Source: Octopus vulgaris
Taxonomy: Eukaryota
Direction of reading: 5' to 3'
DNA: 64,000 nt
Assembly: GCA_951406725.2 (NCBI GenBank)
Contig: OX597828.1
Coordinates: 58,776,001 to 58,840,000, forward strand
Shown: positions 26,115-38,892 of the stretch, one piece after another
How positions within the stretch are numbered: position 1 is the stretch's first letter
How the letters are laid out: every line of letters begins with the position of its first letter
The notes under the pieces: generated by a model
Seen by the model: the letters and a program-made list of their open reading frames with translations, nothing else
Databases searched by the model: none
Told to the model about the DNA's origin: nothing
Translations under genes and position numbers: made by a program

Positions 26115-26148
<34 letters not shown>

Positions 26149-26174
26149 CGTACATACATACATACATACATACA

Positions 26175-26208
<34 letters not shown>

Positions 26209-26318
26209 CGTACATACATACATACATATATACGTACATACATACATACATACATACATATATACGTACATATATATATACGTACATACATACATATATA
26301 CGTACATACATACATACA

Positions 26319-26352
<34 letters not shown>

Positions 26353-26378
26353 CGTACATACATACATACATACATACA

Positions 26379-26412
<34 letters not shown>

Positions 26413-26622
26413 CGTACATACATATATACGTACATACATACATACATACATACATACATACATACATACATACATACATACATACATACGTACATACATA
26501 CATACATACATACATATATACGTACATACATATATACGTACATACATACATATATACGTACATACATACATACATACATACATACATACATACATACATA
26601 CATACATACATACATACATACA

Positions 26623-26656
<34 letters not shown>

Positions 26657-26690
26657 CGTACATACATACATACATACATACATACATACA

Positions 26691-26724
<34 letters not shown>

Positions 26725-26758
26725 CGTACATACATACATACATACATACATACATACA

Positions 26759-26792
<34 letters not shown>

Positions 26793-26818
26793 CGTACATA
26801 CATACATACATACATACA
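25757..26818. repeat. (TACA)n microsatellite with interspersed TATACG variants
   Basis: Direct reading; it produces the spurious MYVC/HTYI ORFs. Confidence 0.97.
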
Positions 26819-27600
26819 TTATGGCTGCCCCCTCGTTATCGAGTATGGCCATTGCACGAAGCTTGACTGTTACTGGTGCTATGATCGAATGTGACTTTTT
26901 AGCCCAGCTAAAGATCTGCAATGTCTTGTACAGAATTGGCAACTAAAACCTTTACTGGTAATAGCCGGCTGTAGTTGTAACTGGGCTTCATGTAATTTTG
27001 CATGTCGTTTAAGTCCTCCTGCCGAATTACACTCTCTTCCACATGCCTGACAGATATGCCTCAGACGGATCTATGGCATTAAGTGGAAAGACTGCATCAG
27101 TGATCTTGAAATACTCGAAGGCTCTCGGTGTGGAAGCATAGAAGCTCTTGTGTTAAAGCAAAGGCTCAGATGGAGTGGTCATCTGGTCAGAATGAAGGAT
27201 TCAAGGATGCCAAAACAACTCTTTTATGGAGAGTTAGCTAAAGGAGAACGACCTCCACATAAACCAAAAAAGAGGTATAAGGACTTGCTGAAGGCTTCCT
27301 TAAGAGATGCTTGCATCTCTCCTGACACATGGGAAGGCATAGCTATTGATCGTAGCAGGTGGAGAAGGATTGTGCATGAGGGGACAGTCACGTTTGAGAA
27401 ATCTCGAGTTGCACATGAGAAAGTAAGGAGGGATGTCAGGAAGGGCATCACTAGTAGACTTCCAGAAAGGAAGGGTCTCCCTTTGATTCTGACATGCAAT
27501 GTCTGTGCAAGACCCTGCCTCAGTAAAGCTGGACTCAAGAGTCATCTTCGTAGTCATAAAATGAGACAGATGATTGACAACCTGGCCACTGGTGGTGCTG
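26819..27600. mobile_element. RTE (BovB-like) LINE 3' portion with internal inversion
   Basis: Plus 27057-27600: CLRRIYGIKW...RLRWSGHLVRM..SRMPKQLFYGEL...CNVCARPCLSKAGLKSHLRSH. Minus 27058-26819: HICQACGRECNSAGGLKRHAKLH...CQFCTRHCRSLAGLKSHIRS*, then 3' UTR and (ATGT)n tail. Confidence 0.85.
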
Positions 27601-27619
27601 TAACACACCATACTAAAAT

Positions 27620-27637
27620 CATACATACATACATACA

Positions 27638-27671
<34 letters not shown>

Positions 27672-27737
27672 CGTACATACATACATACATGCATACATAC
27701 ATACATATATACGTACATACATACATACATACATACA

Positions 27738-27771
<34 letters not shown>

Positions 27772-27952
27772 CGTACGTACATACATATATACGTACATAC
27801 ATACATACATACATACATACATACATACATACATACATACTTACATTCATACATTCAAACATACATACATACATATATACGTACGTACATACATATATAC
27901 ATACATACATACATACATACATACATACATACATACATACATACATACATAC
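27620..27952. repeat. (CATA)n microsatellite with TATACG variants
   Basis: Direct reading. Confidence 0.95.
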
Positions 27953-28124
27953 GCACACACATACGTACAGCCATGCATACACACATATACGCGTACATAG
28001 ATGCATAGTGGGAAAGGAAGATACAATATTTGGGAGTCTTTGAGTTGGATAAGATCAAGGAGAAAGAAATGAAAATGTTAAAAACAATATCCCAAGCGGT
28101 TGAGACTTGTAATGGTGCCTAAAC

Positions 28125-28416
28125 CAGTGCTTCTCAAACTATCTGATGTGGCGTGCCGGCAGTCCCCCCCCCCCAATGTGCCAGGGACCTGTAATATTTC
28201 TTAGTAATATTAATTTACACCGGAAACAATATATATAATGAATATAATAAAAGTTGACAATTTTTGTTTATCTTATATTTATTTTGTAAACAAATAATAC
28301 AATATTATATAAGCATTTTATAAGGTTTCTTTCTTTTCTGGAAACTCGCCGCGTACCGGCAGCTGATGGCTCACGGACCGGCACCGGTCCGCGGACCACC
28401 ACTTTGAGTAGCACTG
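28125..28416. mobile_element. hAT (Charlie-like) MITE, 292 bp
   Basis: TIR CAGTGCTTCTCAAA / TTTGAGTAGCACTG; 8-bp TSD GCCTAAAC / GTCTAAAC. Confidence 0.85.
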
Positions 28417-28543
28417 GTCTAAACTGAATGGAAGGAATAATGCGACAAAGACATTGGCTGTGTCCCTCATACCCTACGAGGGCAGGGGTTATTAAATGGA
28501 GGAAAACAGATTAGAAAATACCGACAGGAGAACTAGGAAATTG

Positions 28544-29162
28544 GGATCTTTACCTTTTGACCGACAGATTTTAAAAATAAGTTTTTGCAACTAAACACTT
28601 TCAAACTTCAGACACTGGTAGAATGTGTCATATAAAACAGGTTTTACTCTTAGCATTTTTGAGAAAAAACTTATATTTACGAAGTTATTTCATGTTAAAA
28701 TTCTCGTATTTCGGTAATTTCAACCAATCAATGACGTGTATTCAACTGAATAAAATTACTGACGTTGTTTGTCAACAACAACTATCGGCGGTGTATATTT
28801 CGTTTGTCCCTGTTATTTATGACATCGTTCGTGCGTTTGTACTGGGTTAGGGTTAGGGTTAAGGTTTTAGGGTTAGGGTTAGGGTTTTAGGGTTAGGGTT
28901 GTCAGTGACAAACGAAATATACACCGCCGGAAGTTCTTGTTAACAAACAACAGCAGTAATTATTTTCAGCTGAATACACGTCATTGATTGGTTGAAATTA
29001 CCGAAATATAACTTTAACGTGAAATAACTTCGTAAATATAAGTTTTTTCTCAAAAACGCTAAGAATAAAAGATGTTTTATATGAGACATTCTACCAGTGT
29101 CTGAAGTTTGAAAGTGTTTAGTTACAAAAAATTATTCTTTAAATCTGTAGGTCAAAAGATCC
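28544..29162. mobile_element. Foldback MITE with ~260-bp TIRs and a central (TTAGGG)n-like tract, Merlin-like
   Basis: Ends GGATC...GATCC; exact 8-bp TSD GGAAATTG (28536-28543, 29163-29170); long inverted arms. Confidence 0.8.
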
Positions 29163-29170
29163 GGAAATTG

Positions 29171-29340
29171 TGCTAAGAAGGCACTGCGAGAGTATAAAAG
29201 ATGACATGATAGTGTTGTCAGATATATCCACTGGATGATATTTGAGAAATATGGGCTTGCCAGAGCAGCTAACTGGTATGAACAGAAACCAGAAGGAATG
29301 TCAGCAAATGATAAATTTAAGCTTTTGTGGGACCATTCAA
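29171..29340 (+). mobile_element. R4/Dong-like RLE non-LTR fragment
   Basis: EYKR*HDSVVRYIHW...NWYEQKPEG...FKLLWD, the RHD motif region that precedes the RLE domain. Confidence 0.6.
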
Positions 29341-29359
29341 TATGATAGAATGTTACCTT

Positions 29360-29391
<32 letters not shown>

Positions 29392-30139
29392 TTCTACCAG
29401 CTCGCCGCCTTATTGCGACTAAATATCAAATTAACTACTCAATCAGTCAAACATTTTTTCTACTTGAGAGGTATGGGTTTCGATACTCTGTAGCGGATTG
29501 CAGGCCACTTTATAACATATTTTTTCATAATCTCCAGGAAGTGAGTATGGTTAAAAAAAGTTGATTGATTTTTAGCAGTTCTTTGAAAGTTTCATATTTG
29601 TACGGAACTGTCAATGAGAATTACATTGAATTCTGACATTGACACAAGACTATAAATTCTAGAAATTCGATATAGTCAATTATACTAATTATATCGACTG
29701 CAGGAAGATGTAAGGTAAGATGACTTTGCTGTGAAACGAAGTCAGAAGTTGAGCTTTTAGTTAGGCTATGAAGCTGTAATGCACCTCAGTAAAAACGTGT
29801 ATTGGTGCGCAGCATATCGGCCAGAGACAGCTTTAATCATAAGATATTTTGTGAACATAATAAATAAGGTAATTGATACGTTATCGGCTCGTGAGTAAAG
29901 GTAATAATGTTCAATCTAATCAATAAGAGATTTATAATATGAAAATACACTTGAGTGTAGTCTTACAGGAGAAACATTAAATTACTTGTTTCATGCATTA
30001 GATTAATTATTCATTGAGAGAAAAGCAATATTAGTTATTGATTTACATAATTTTAAATATATCAATAAATACTGGAGGGAAGTTCTACTGTTCTCACTCT
30101 GGTCAAAAAAGTAATGAGAAAATCACAAAGTGAATGTAA

Positions 30140-31235
30140 TCTGGTTGGTGCGAAAGTAATTGCAGATGTTAACTATCGATTTTGCAGCAATATATCTCAG
30201 TTTAGTATAAATTTCATTAATCGAAATGATAGCCATTAAAATCAATGTAACTTTTACCTATATGAAGTAAGTTGTGGCTGTTAACATGTCGCTACCACTT
30301 GTACTAGAGAATGCGCCGGCTAAGACTACGCGCCTTCACTAGTCAGTTATGGTGAGACAGTGTCACGTGACAACTTGCTGGGGCTGCCAGCTGGAGCCTA
30401 GCGGCAGGTATTTAAAGGGAAAAATTTGACAAGTCAGTCAGTCACCGGCTGACACTCGCTGACGCTACATCGAAGAGGCCAGGGAACAGAAGAAAGAAGA
30501 AGAAAGAAGACATGCACCCAACACCAGAGCTGAAGACACCTCCGAAAGGGGAGGGGGCGCCACGTCAAAACGGTAGAGGAGTAGGGGCCGAAACCGGACG
30601 TGGTTCCTCCTGATGATGTCTTGAGCTAACTGGATCCTATAAAGGAGCTGTTGTGATAGCAGACCACGAAACACGGTTGTAATTCCTGCTAGGATCTGTA
30701 AATGGTTGCTGATGTTGGGAGCTGTTGGCTACTGACTGTTATTTCTAGCGTCGGAGGTCAACAGTTGTACATAGAAGAAAACGACGAAATCTGGTGAGAT
30801 TATTACGAATAAACTTTTATTCCTTTTGAGAGAGTTTAGATGTTACCGTTCTTGGTGTAATTAAAATAGTATTCGAAAAGTTACTGCTAGTCGTTGTGCT
30901 GCTGCCGGTAGTTCGTTAGGATGATATTAGCTCAGTCCAGCCACTTGCTCGTGTCTGTTCGCTATCCGTCTGCCTTGAAGCGCGCCAAAAGCTGATATTG
31001 GCCACTGGAGCCTATTCCGCGTGGAGTCGTGATTGGCCAGATTTTGTTGATCATTTGGGTAAAAGTCTTTGCAGACGAAGTCGCGATTGGTCGGTTTCGC
31101 TGATTAAATGGGCTACATTCCAGCGAATCGCGACATCAGGTGATTGCTGAATATTCCGCCACAAAGATCTATTTATTCTAGTTACATTTAGCATTCTGGA
31201 GTCTTGAAATAGATGAATTCTTCGAGGACCTTTAA
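30140..31235 (-). mobile_element. Old mariner (Hsmar1-like) 3' remnant split by an LTR insertion
   Basis: TIR-like GGTTGGTGCGAAAGTAATTGC at about 30143; minus-strand IDFNGYHFD* C-terminus; LEEFIYFKTPE continues beyond 31164. Confidence 0.5.
30273..31163 (+). mobile_element. Solo LTR, about 890 bp
   Basis: TGTGGC...GCCACA inverted ends; flanks AAGT/AAGA; TATA-like TATTTAAAG at about 30409; AATAAA at about 30810; interrupts a mariner remnant exactly at these points. Confidence 0.6.
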
Positions 31236-32029
31236 AAGAAAAAATTACGGTTTTTGTTATTTGTTATTAGTTGTTGAAGACCTTCTTTCACAGGTAATCA
31301 AAATGTTTGTGATAGCAGGGGTTGGCCAGGATTATGTGAGGGTTTCGAAGTTATGTTATTTCAATTTCTGTAGTTTTTGATGCACTTTGTTGATTTCTTA
31401 GCAGCTTTTCCTTGTTGTGATAGTTTACCTGAATTCAAGAAATAGTAATAGATAATTCCACCTGTCGAGCCCAAACAATAAACAAACTATTTTTGATGTA
31501 AAGTGCTTTAGTGCTTCAACCCCTGTCCAGCCACTGTACTGAATGCTGTCTGTCAGTCATCGTATAGAATTTTTTGTCACCCCACAAAGCCATCAAAAAA
31601 ATGAATTATTTTGTTGTACAAAAAAGAAGCGATGAGTAGACTTCGTAATGGAAATATTTGTTGTTATCACGCAGGATTCATTAATCGGAATTTTTCAAAA
31701 TTCAATGACAATATCGAACAATGCAATGCAAATGTCGAACCACTGTTGAATAGTCAAAGTTCAATCCTTTAACCCCTCGAATTGTTTTGCGTGGGTCTCT
31801 TCAATAGTGGTCCTCAAAAAGTTATCAATCGTAGAAAGTCTTCCCAAATTTTCCGCATCTTCAAGGCTCTCGTCTTGTACTACGAAATTTTCATACAATA
31901 TAATCGCTCGAGTTTAATCCTTCACCTATCATTGATTTGATAGCCTAAAACAGAGAAAAATAAACAACGAAAGCAAAACTACTAGTATAAATCAATACAC
32001 TGAAATCTATACTTCAGAGTGTTATATGA

Positions 32030-32652
32030 GTAGGGGAGACCGGGGTCAGTTGACTACATTTTTTACATTTTCACTGACAGAGCAATACTATTCAATGTAT
32101 TCTACTGCATCTTGTATTACACGCATAAATCAACCACAGCAGAAGACTTACAAAGCTAGAGATCTCATCTGCTTATTGTCTGGATTTATATTTTGTGCAT
32201 TTTCTAAGACCACTTAAATGTGTCAATTTGCCCCGATACCGTGGAAGGGTTACCCTCTCGCTTTTGCGTTTGTAGTGTCGTACCATGGCAATTGTAGATC
32301 TATGCCTGTAAAGAGAGCGAGAGAGAGGGAGAAAAAAAGCAATTTAGCTCATTGCATAATCCAACAGTGAAAGCAAAACGAATGCTTATATAACAGTGGT
32401 ACAGGTTTGTAACGGCAGATATTGATTAGGTGCACATTATTATGAAATGTCGGTGGAGGCAATTGTAACGATAAGGATTTGTGGTTATAATTGTTTTCTG
32501 TAGGATGTGAAAGATGAACAATGCATGAAGTTTTAAGGAAATGTTTATTTGCCGTTACGTTACAAATACCTTGTCTCGACGGGCAGGTTATGATAAATGC
32601 AAAAGCATGCGAAACAAAGTTTGTGTTTGTGAACTCTTCATTGTTTAGTAGT

Positions 32653-32725
<73 letters not shown>

Positions 32726-34017
32726 TAAGAGAGCAGAATTAGAGCTAGAGAGAATTGTAGGGTGTGGAAAGTTGTCTCACAGCTGCTGGCAGTAAACTTC
32801 ATTTCTCCCTCTGACACACTGTGTCAACGTGCCCCTGTTTACATGTGTCAACTTGCCCCGACCCCGTTCCCCTCGTAAATGTAAACACTGAGAGAAAGCC
32901 ACTAGGGTTTCGCAAGAATCCATTTGTATAGAGTCGTGAGAGATATTTTACTAACTCCTTAAGGTTTAATACACATAATGCAGTCTTAAATAATATCCAA
33001 AATAACTAATAATCAAAAATGTCGACAATAACTTACCAAGTGGAAAATTCCAATGTTGTCTGCGTGGAGCAGACAAACTCTCACAACGGCGACGAAATCA
33101 AATGAGGGGGAAGCTTATACTAACAGCACTACTACTGTGTCTGAACGTGTCAAACTGCTGTCATCTGCCTGTTGGCTCTCCTGCAACTCAACTTGATTTC
33201 GAGCCGGGTCGTCTACTGCTGGAGAGGACCGATCAGGTAAAGGACCTGGGTATCTTGGTGGATTCCGCCTTTTCGCCTTCGGCCCAGTGCGTCCATGCTG
33301 CCAACAAAGCACGCGGAGTTCTGTTCTTGATTCGACGGTCATTCGGAATGCTCACAGCAGCCATATTCCTACCGTTCTATGTCACGCTGGTGAGACCCAT
33401 ATTGGAGTACGGGATTCAAGCCTCTTCTCCTTATCTCCTCAAAGACATACAGCATCTCGAAAGAGTCTAGAAGCTGGCTACCCGCATGGTTCTTGGTCTC
33501 AAGAATTTGTCTTATGAAGAAAGGCTGAAGACGCTCGACCTTTATTCTCTTGAAAAACGACGACGCCGTGGTGATCTCATTCTTGCTCACAACATCATAA
33601 GCGGAAAGTGTAACCTCTCGAAAGAGCTGTTCTTCACTCCTGCTCCGGAGCGTCGGCTGCGGAGTCATTCCGAAAAGCTCTACCTGTGACGATTTCATCT
33701 CAATCGAAGGAGAGGAGCTTTCTCCGTCCGGGTTGCGGATCCGTGGAATAAGCTGCCGGACGAGATGGTGAAGATGCCGACGACCGCTCGGTTCAAAGTC
33801 TCCCTTGAACACAAGTGGTCTGAACTCTTTACATGAACACCACCCTGTACATAACTCCATGTTCCCCTACATGGCCTTGCTTTTTGAGCCAAAAAATTAA
33901 CTAACTAACTAACTAACTACTATGATGTCATTAAATCTTCCAAAAGTAGTTTCGCATTTTCTCTAGAGAAAATGTGTTAACTTTCCCCTGTAGTCAACTT
34001 GCCCCGGTCTCTCCTAC
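32030..34017. mobile_element. Non-autonomous pogo/Fot1-like DNA transposon hosting a CR1 insertion
   Basis: TIR GTAGGGGAGACCGGGGTCAGTTGACTACA / TGTAGTCAACTTGCCCCGGTCTCTCCTAC; internal TGTCAA(C/T)TTGCCCC sub-repeats. Confidence 0.65.
33135..33918 (+). mobile_element. CR1-clade LINE, 5'-truncated, decayed RT C-terminus
   Basis: KDLGILVD, LVRPILEYG, LSYEERLKTLDLYSLEKRRRRGDLI, FSVRVADPWNKLP; premature stops; (CTAA)n tail. Confidence 0.9.
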
Positions 34018-35149
34018 GGTTAAACAGACGTTCATTCTAAAAGAAGCATCACATTTTAACATACTAAAGACCGTAATAATTTCTTACCGATCAAATTCAG
34101 AAATGTGCCCCGCTTGGCTCTAGTGTCCATCAATATGTATAAAATGACACACATTGTGCCCATGAATATGTATGAAATAACATACACTTGTGGCCACCGC
34201 TTGAGCTCTAGCATATTTGTAAGTCCACCGTGTCATTCTCCTAATTCAAAACAACCAGTGTTCATTCACACACGTAAAGTTTGATATTTCTCCAGTTTTT
34301 CTAAGGTCTTGTATATTTAGACACACGCTGATGAACGCTAGTGATAACTCTGTCAACTATGGGCACAAAAAATAAGGGAAAAAAGTACAGCAAAAATACG
34401 ACAGAAAGTAAACAAAAATAAAAAGGCAAAAATAAGTTAAAATATGGAAAAAAAAACTCAACGGAAACCAAGTTCCTGCGTCTAGTAGAATGATTGCAAC
34501 CTTGACAATCTACACAATCAGTCAAACATATATTTTTTTTCTTGAGAGGTATGGATTTCGATACTCTGTAGCGGATTGCTGGCCACTTTTTGTATTACTT
34601 ATATATATATTTATAACTTCCGGAAAGTTAGTATGGTTAAAACAAATCGATTTTCTCATAGATGGGACCTTGACAAGTACTACCGTTCCAGGTCAGAACG
34701 GACCTGAAAACAATAGTAATTAAAGGGTTCCCCATGTTCTCCACAACCACAGGACAATATAGATTTAGTTGATTTCACATTCTTCTGGCAACCGTTGATA
34801 TTCAGTGGTGAACCCACTTGCAATGATGTTGAAAAACGACTGCACCATTTCTGTCTACATGCGTCATTTTGATTGATTGATTCATTTTTTTCTTTTTGTG
34901 ACGTGGAGAAATTTTCATATTTACCTTCTTTATTGCAAAAATAATCATGATTCAATTGTAGAATCGTTTTAAATCTATTTCTTACTAATGAATTTAAAAT
35001 TATACAGCTCCAATCACATAAACACATTTCAATCACTCCAGTATGGTGCTGAATTTCATTATTTTTGATGAAAACCAAAAGACAGAAATAGTTTTTTTTT
35101 AATCACTCCTTCTCACTCGCTATTTTTCCCTTCTGTGTATATTTATTAC

Positions 35150-36200
35150 TGTTCTCTCTATCGCTGCCTTTTCGGTTTAAATAACTATTTATCTTGATTC
35201 ACATAACTGCTCATAAGTTTAGCTTACTGCTACTCCCATTATATGTCTTCGCCTTTGCAGGTATACTCCATTTATTTGTGGGTTCGCCATCTTTCTGTTC
35301 TGCAACTGCCAGTTTTACTTTGGCAGAGACGAGCTGTTGTGCTCGTATTTATGCCTGAATGTGTAGCTATATTATAAGAATCGTACCTCGAACGCATTTT
35401 CTGTTATTCCTTCTATCATTATCTGCACAACTTAACGTTTGTACAAAAAATCTATTTCAGCGACTTCAAGTGGCATTTATTGCTGTAGGGGTAGTTAGTT
35501 GTGTCTCTACACTTACACCCGTGCTGGGTTTGGTGCATAGTGTGTCCCATTGCCTTACGGTAATTGAGGATTTGGGACCTAATGCTGCGTAACTTTATTC
35601 AATCAAGTTTTTATTAAGAATTTTGCTGTATCCATGAAAAGCGAGAAAGTGTGTGCTTATGATTTGGAAGCATCTGGCTTTGTTTGTGGACGCGTTTAAA
35701 CTATATCATGGATTGGACCATATAATTTTCCTATTTCTATGTCTCTTTGAACTTACAAGGGGTTGATTCCATATATTTTCCTGCTTCTTTAATGCTGTAA
35801 CATAGTGAATGGAAACTTTAACAAACATGTACTTGTCTAAAGAATAACTGGAGACTTATTTACCATACTTCTTCGGGATTTATTTATTGATTTGAGGTAT
35901 GGATTGGAATTTTTATTAGATTTAAAGTTATGCTGAGAAAGTTTGCGTTTAAATCGTAATCTTAAGGTCAAGCTGTCTAAATATATTAACACTTTCTTCA
36001 TTTTATCACTGACTTGTCCATTTATGTTCTGGGATAGAGCTAATCCACCATAGCTATACAACTCTATTATGTCTTTGACCCAATTTCTTTATGCACGCAA
36101 TATAAACAGGTTGTCAAGTTTTATGTTCTGTATCATCGTATCTACTTATATAAAAAAATAGAGAAGTTCACTTCCTCGTTTTTTTGATTCCACCCTCTAA
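35150..36200 (-). mobile_element. Highly decayed Penelope-like retroelement (RT plus probable GIY-YIG region)
   Basis: IELYSYGGLALSQNINGQVSDKMKK resembles GLYRDDGLA; KRHRNRKIIWSNP*YS resembles the PLE linker RKIIWFNPPYS; downstream TFRHKYEHNSSSL-like endonuclease remnant. Confidence 0.6.
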
Positions 36201-37499
36201 AAGCTTCTCTTAAAATAACTACGATTTCTTTGCATTCATAATTATATTAATTTTGGAGTTAGTCATAGGCGGCGAGCTGGCTGAATCATTAGACTGACGA
36301 ACAAAATGCCTGATTCAGTCCAACTAAATTATAATACGCTTGTTGAGCACGCTTTCTCCTTTCGTTGCAATCTACCTGTACATTCACATGAACAAATATG
36401 CGTTCATAGAGATGAGTAGAAGACTGAGTGAAAAAAACTGTGTATTATACGAAGTTGATTTAAACCATAAATCAACGTTCACAGAGACAAGCAGTTTCGC
36501 GGCAGCTGTGCTTCAAGATACTGCACCAAAATTTCTAAAAGTCTTGATCAGTGGTTATCAACCACTTTGTACTAGTGGACTTCTTTGATGGGGGAGGAGG
36601 CACAAAACATGGTGTTTTTACTGCATTTTTGACTTTGAAATAACATATCCTTTTTACAAATGTTTACTACCTTACAAAAACTATATCAACTAAGGAAACG
36701 GCATTTCCTAAATGCATTAAAAGCCTTATAACATAATCTGATCACTATTTCAGAAAATTATCGCCGTTCTCTTTGAGCATATAAAAATCAAATTTGGTTG
36801 GGTCAAGATGAGTAAGAAAAGATAATGTCAATTTGCTGCTTCACTTCTCCAGAAAACAGAATGATACACATCAATATCCATCCCTAGACACCAGAAATAT
36901 CAGAAATGGAAAAAAAAAATTAAATATCAAGGTCAAATAAAAGAGGATCAGGAAAAAATGGCATATGATATGAAATTAACAAAATTCGACTAAAAAAACA
37001 AAACAAAAGAAAGTCAACATGAAATAGTCCCTAGAGCGTCACGGTCTGCCGGAGTCTCCTCCTCTTTGTGATATATTTACACATCATGCAATTAAAGAGA
37101 AGAAATTATTGAAATCAGTCATTACTCATTTTACCATTTTATCCCATTCTAGTAATTTTTTTGAAACTTGAAAATTATCAAATTAGACATTGGTGTGAGA
37201 AAAGAATATTGACTGTTAAACACCGAAAACCATCGAGATATTTTATTTTCAACCTCAATAACAATCGGATCAAATTTGAGTATGAGCCTGACTGTTGTTT
37301 CGGACTCCCTCAACTTCAACAGCAATTATGCTGACCAGTTGCTACTCCGAGTCATTTTGCAAACAACTTGCACATGCAAGTGCTTCCAGTCGAAAGCTCC
37401 GCATACCGGAAGCCCGCAAGTGTATGGAGTCATCAGGAGAGAATGCACGCCATTTCGGGGCCTATCTTTCGACGGCATCACTATGCACAGATCCCCTCA

Positions 37500-37660
37500 T
37501 TGACATGAGACCCCGCTTGCTAGATCAACTGGCTATCATATATGACTCAATATTCTTCTAGCCATCGCTCATCACTTCTTTTTAACTAAATCCAGTGGCT
37601 AGCCTTTTCCACAGTAGTTTGGATATCGTTCATGGTAGTATTTGCTTTACGATGAGTTAG
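37500..37660 (-). mobile_element. Possible Hero/R2-group LINE C-terminal fragment
   Basis: TTVEKASHWI*LKRSDERW resembles the AEKASxWLWLKR terminus of this group. Confidence 0.35.
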
Positions 37661-37945
37661 GCCAAACTCCCTTCAACAACCATAACTATGCTGACCGATT
37701 TTTACTCCTAAATATAACGTAGCAATACAAAATGAAGATGCAATACATGAAATGTAATAATTTCAAATAGGTACGGAGAAAATAACAAGAAATCAGAAGT
37801 CACTCAATTTGCTCCGGTCACAAATTTTGCCTCTCCACCATTACTATTTTATTCTGGTTGACACCCATGGTCATTCGATGATCAGAAGCTAGTTTTATGG
37901 ATACTTCTTTCAAAATTCCTATTTTGTTTTTCACATGGTCACTTG

Positions 37946-38128
37946 CTCTTTTACATGTTTCAGTCATTTGACTGCGGCCATGCTGGCGCACCGCCTTTAT
38001 TCGAACAAATCCACCCCCAGGACTTATTCTTTGTATGCCTAGTACTTATTCTATCGGTGTCTTTTGCCGAACGGCTAACTGACGGGGACGTAAACATACC
38101 AGCATCGGTTGTCAAGCGATGTTGCGGG

Positions 38129-38213
<85 letters not shown>

Positions 38214-38382
38214 TATATACGACGGGCTTCTTTCTGTTTCCGTCTACCAAATCCACTCACAAGGCTTTGGTCGGCCCGAAGCTATAGTAGAAGACACTTA
38301 CCCAAGGTGCCACGCAGTGGGACTGAACCCGGAACCATGTGGTTGGTAAGCAAGCTACTTACCACACAGCCACTGTTGCGTC
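37946..38382 (-). mobile_element. CORE-type SINE (OR-like) with internal (CA)n
   Basis: Reverse-complement homolog of 127-499. Confidence 0.85.
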
Positions 38383-38671
38383 TATGTATAGGTTTGCGAT
38401 TGCACTCTGAGAGAACATGTTTCATAGGCTGCAAACATGGTGAGCTATGTTAAGCACTAGAGCAAGAAACCTTCTAGTTTCTTGCAATATATGTCTAAAG
38501 CATAAGTTTTTCATGGGCCCCTAAAATACTGCTGTGGATCCCCAATTTTCTATTTTGCTTGCATGGATCCCAGGGGTCATATAGTCGCCGGTTGGGAAAT
38601 ACTGTCTTTGACACCAAGTACAAACGGAAAGAAGCAGAAGGAAAATATAGGTTAGAATATTAGGTCAAGCT

Positions 38672-38681
38672 TGTCTGTCTG

Positions 38682-38770
<89 letters not shown>

Positions 38771-38788
38771 TCATCTATCTATCTATCC

Positions 38789-38866
<78 letters not shown>

Positions 38867-38892
38867 TCATCTATCTATCTATCCATCTATCC
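38672..38892. repeat. (TATC)n microsatellite, left part of the Tx1 target
   Basis: Direct reading; begins with (GTCT)3. Confidence 0.95.

Noticed and set aside
25480-28058. Long ORFs of MYVC/HTYI repeats
   Set aside because: They are translations of (TACA)n microsatellites; only the RTE portion is real coding remnant.
28844-28900. Chromosome end or fusion scar
   Set aside because: The short TTAGGG tract is internal to a TSD-flanked MITE.
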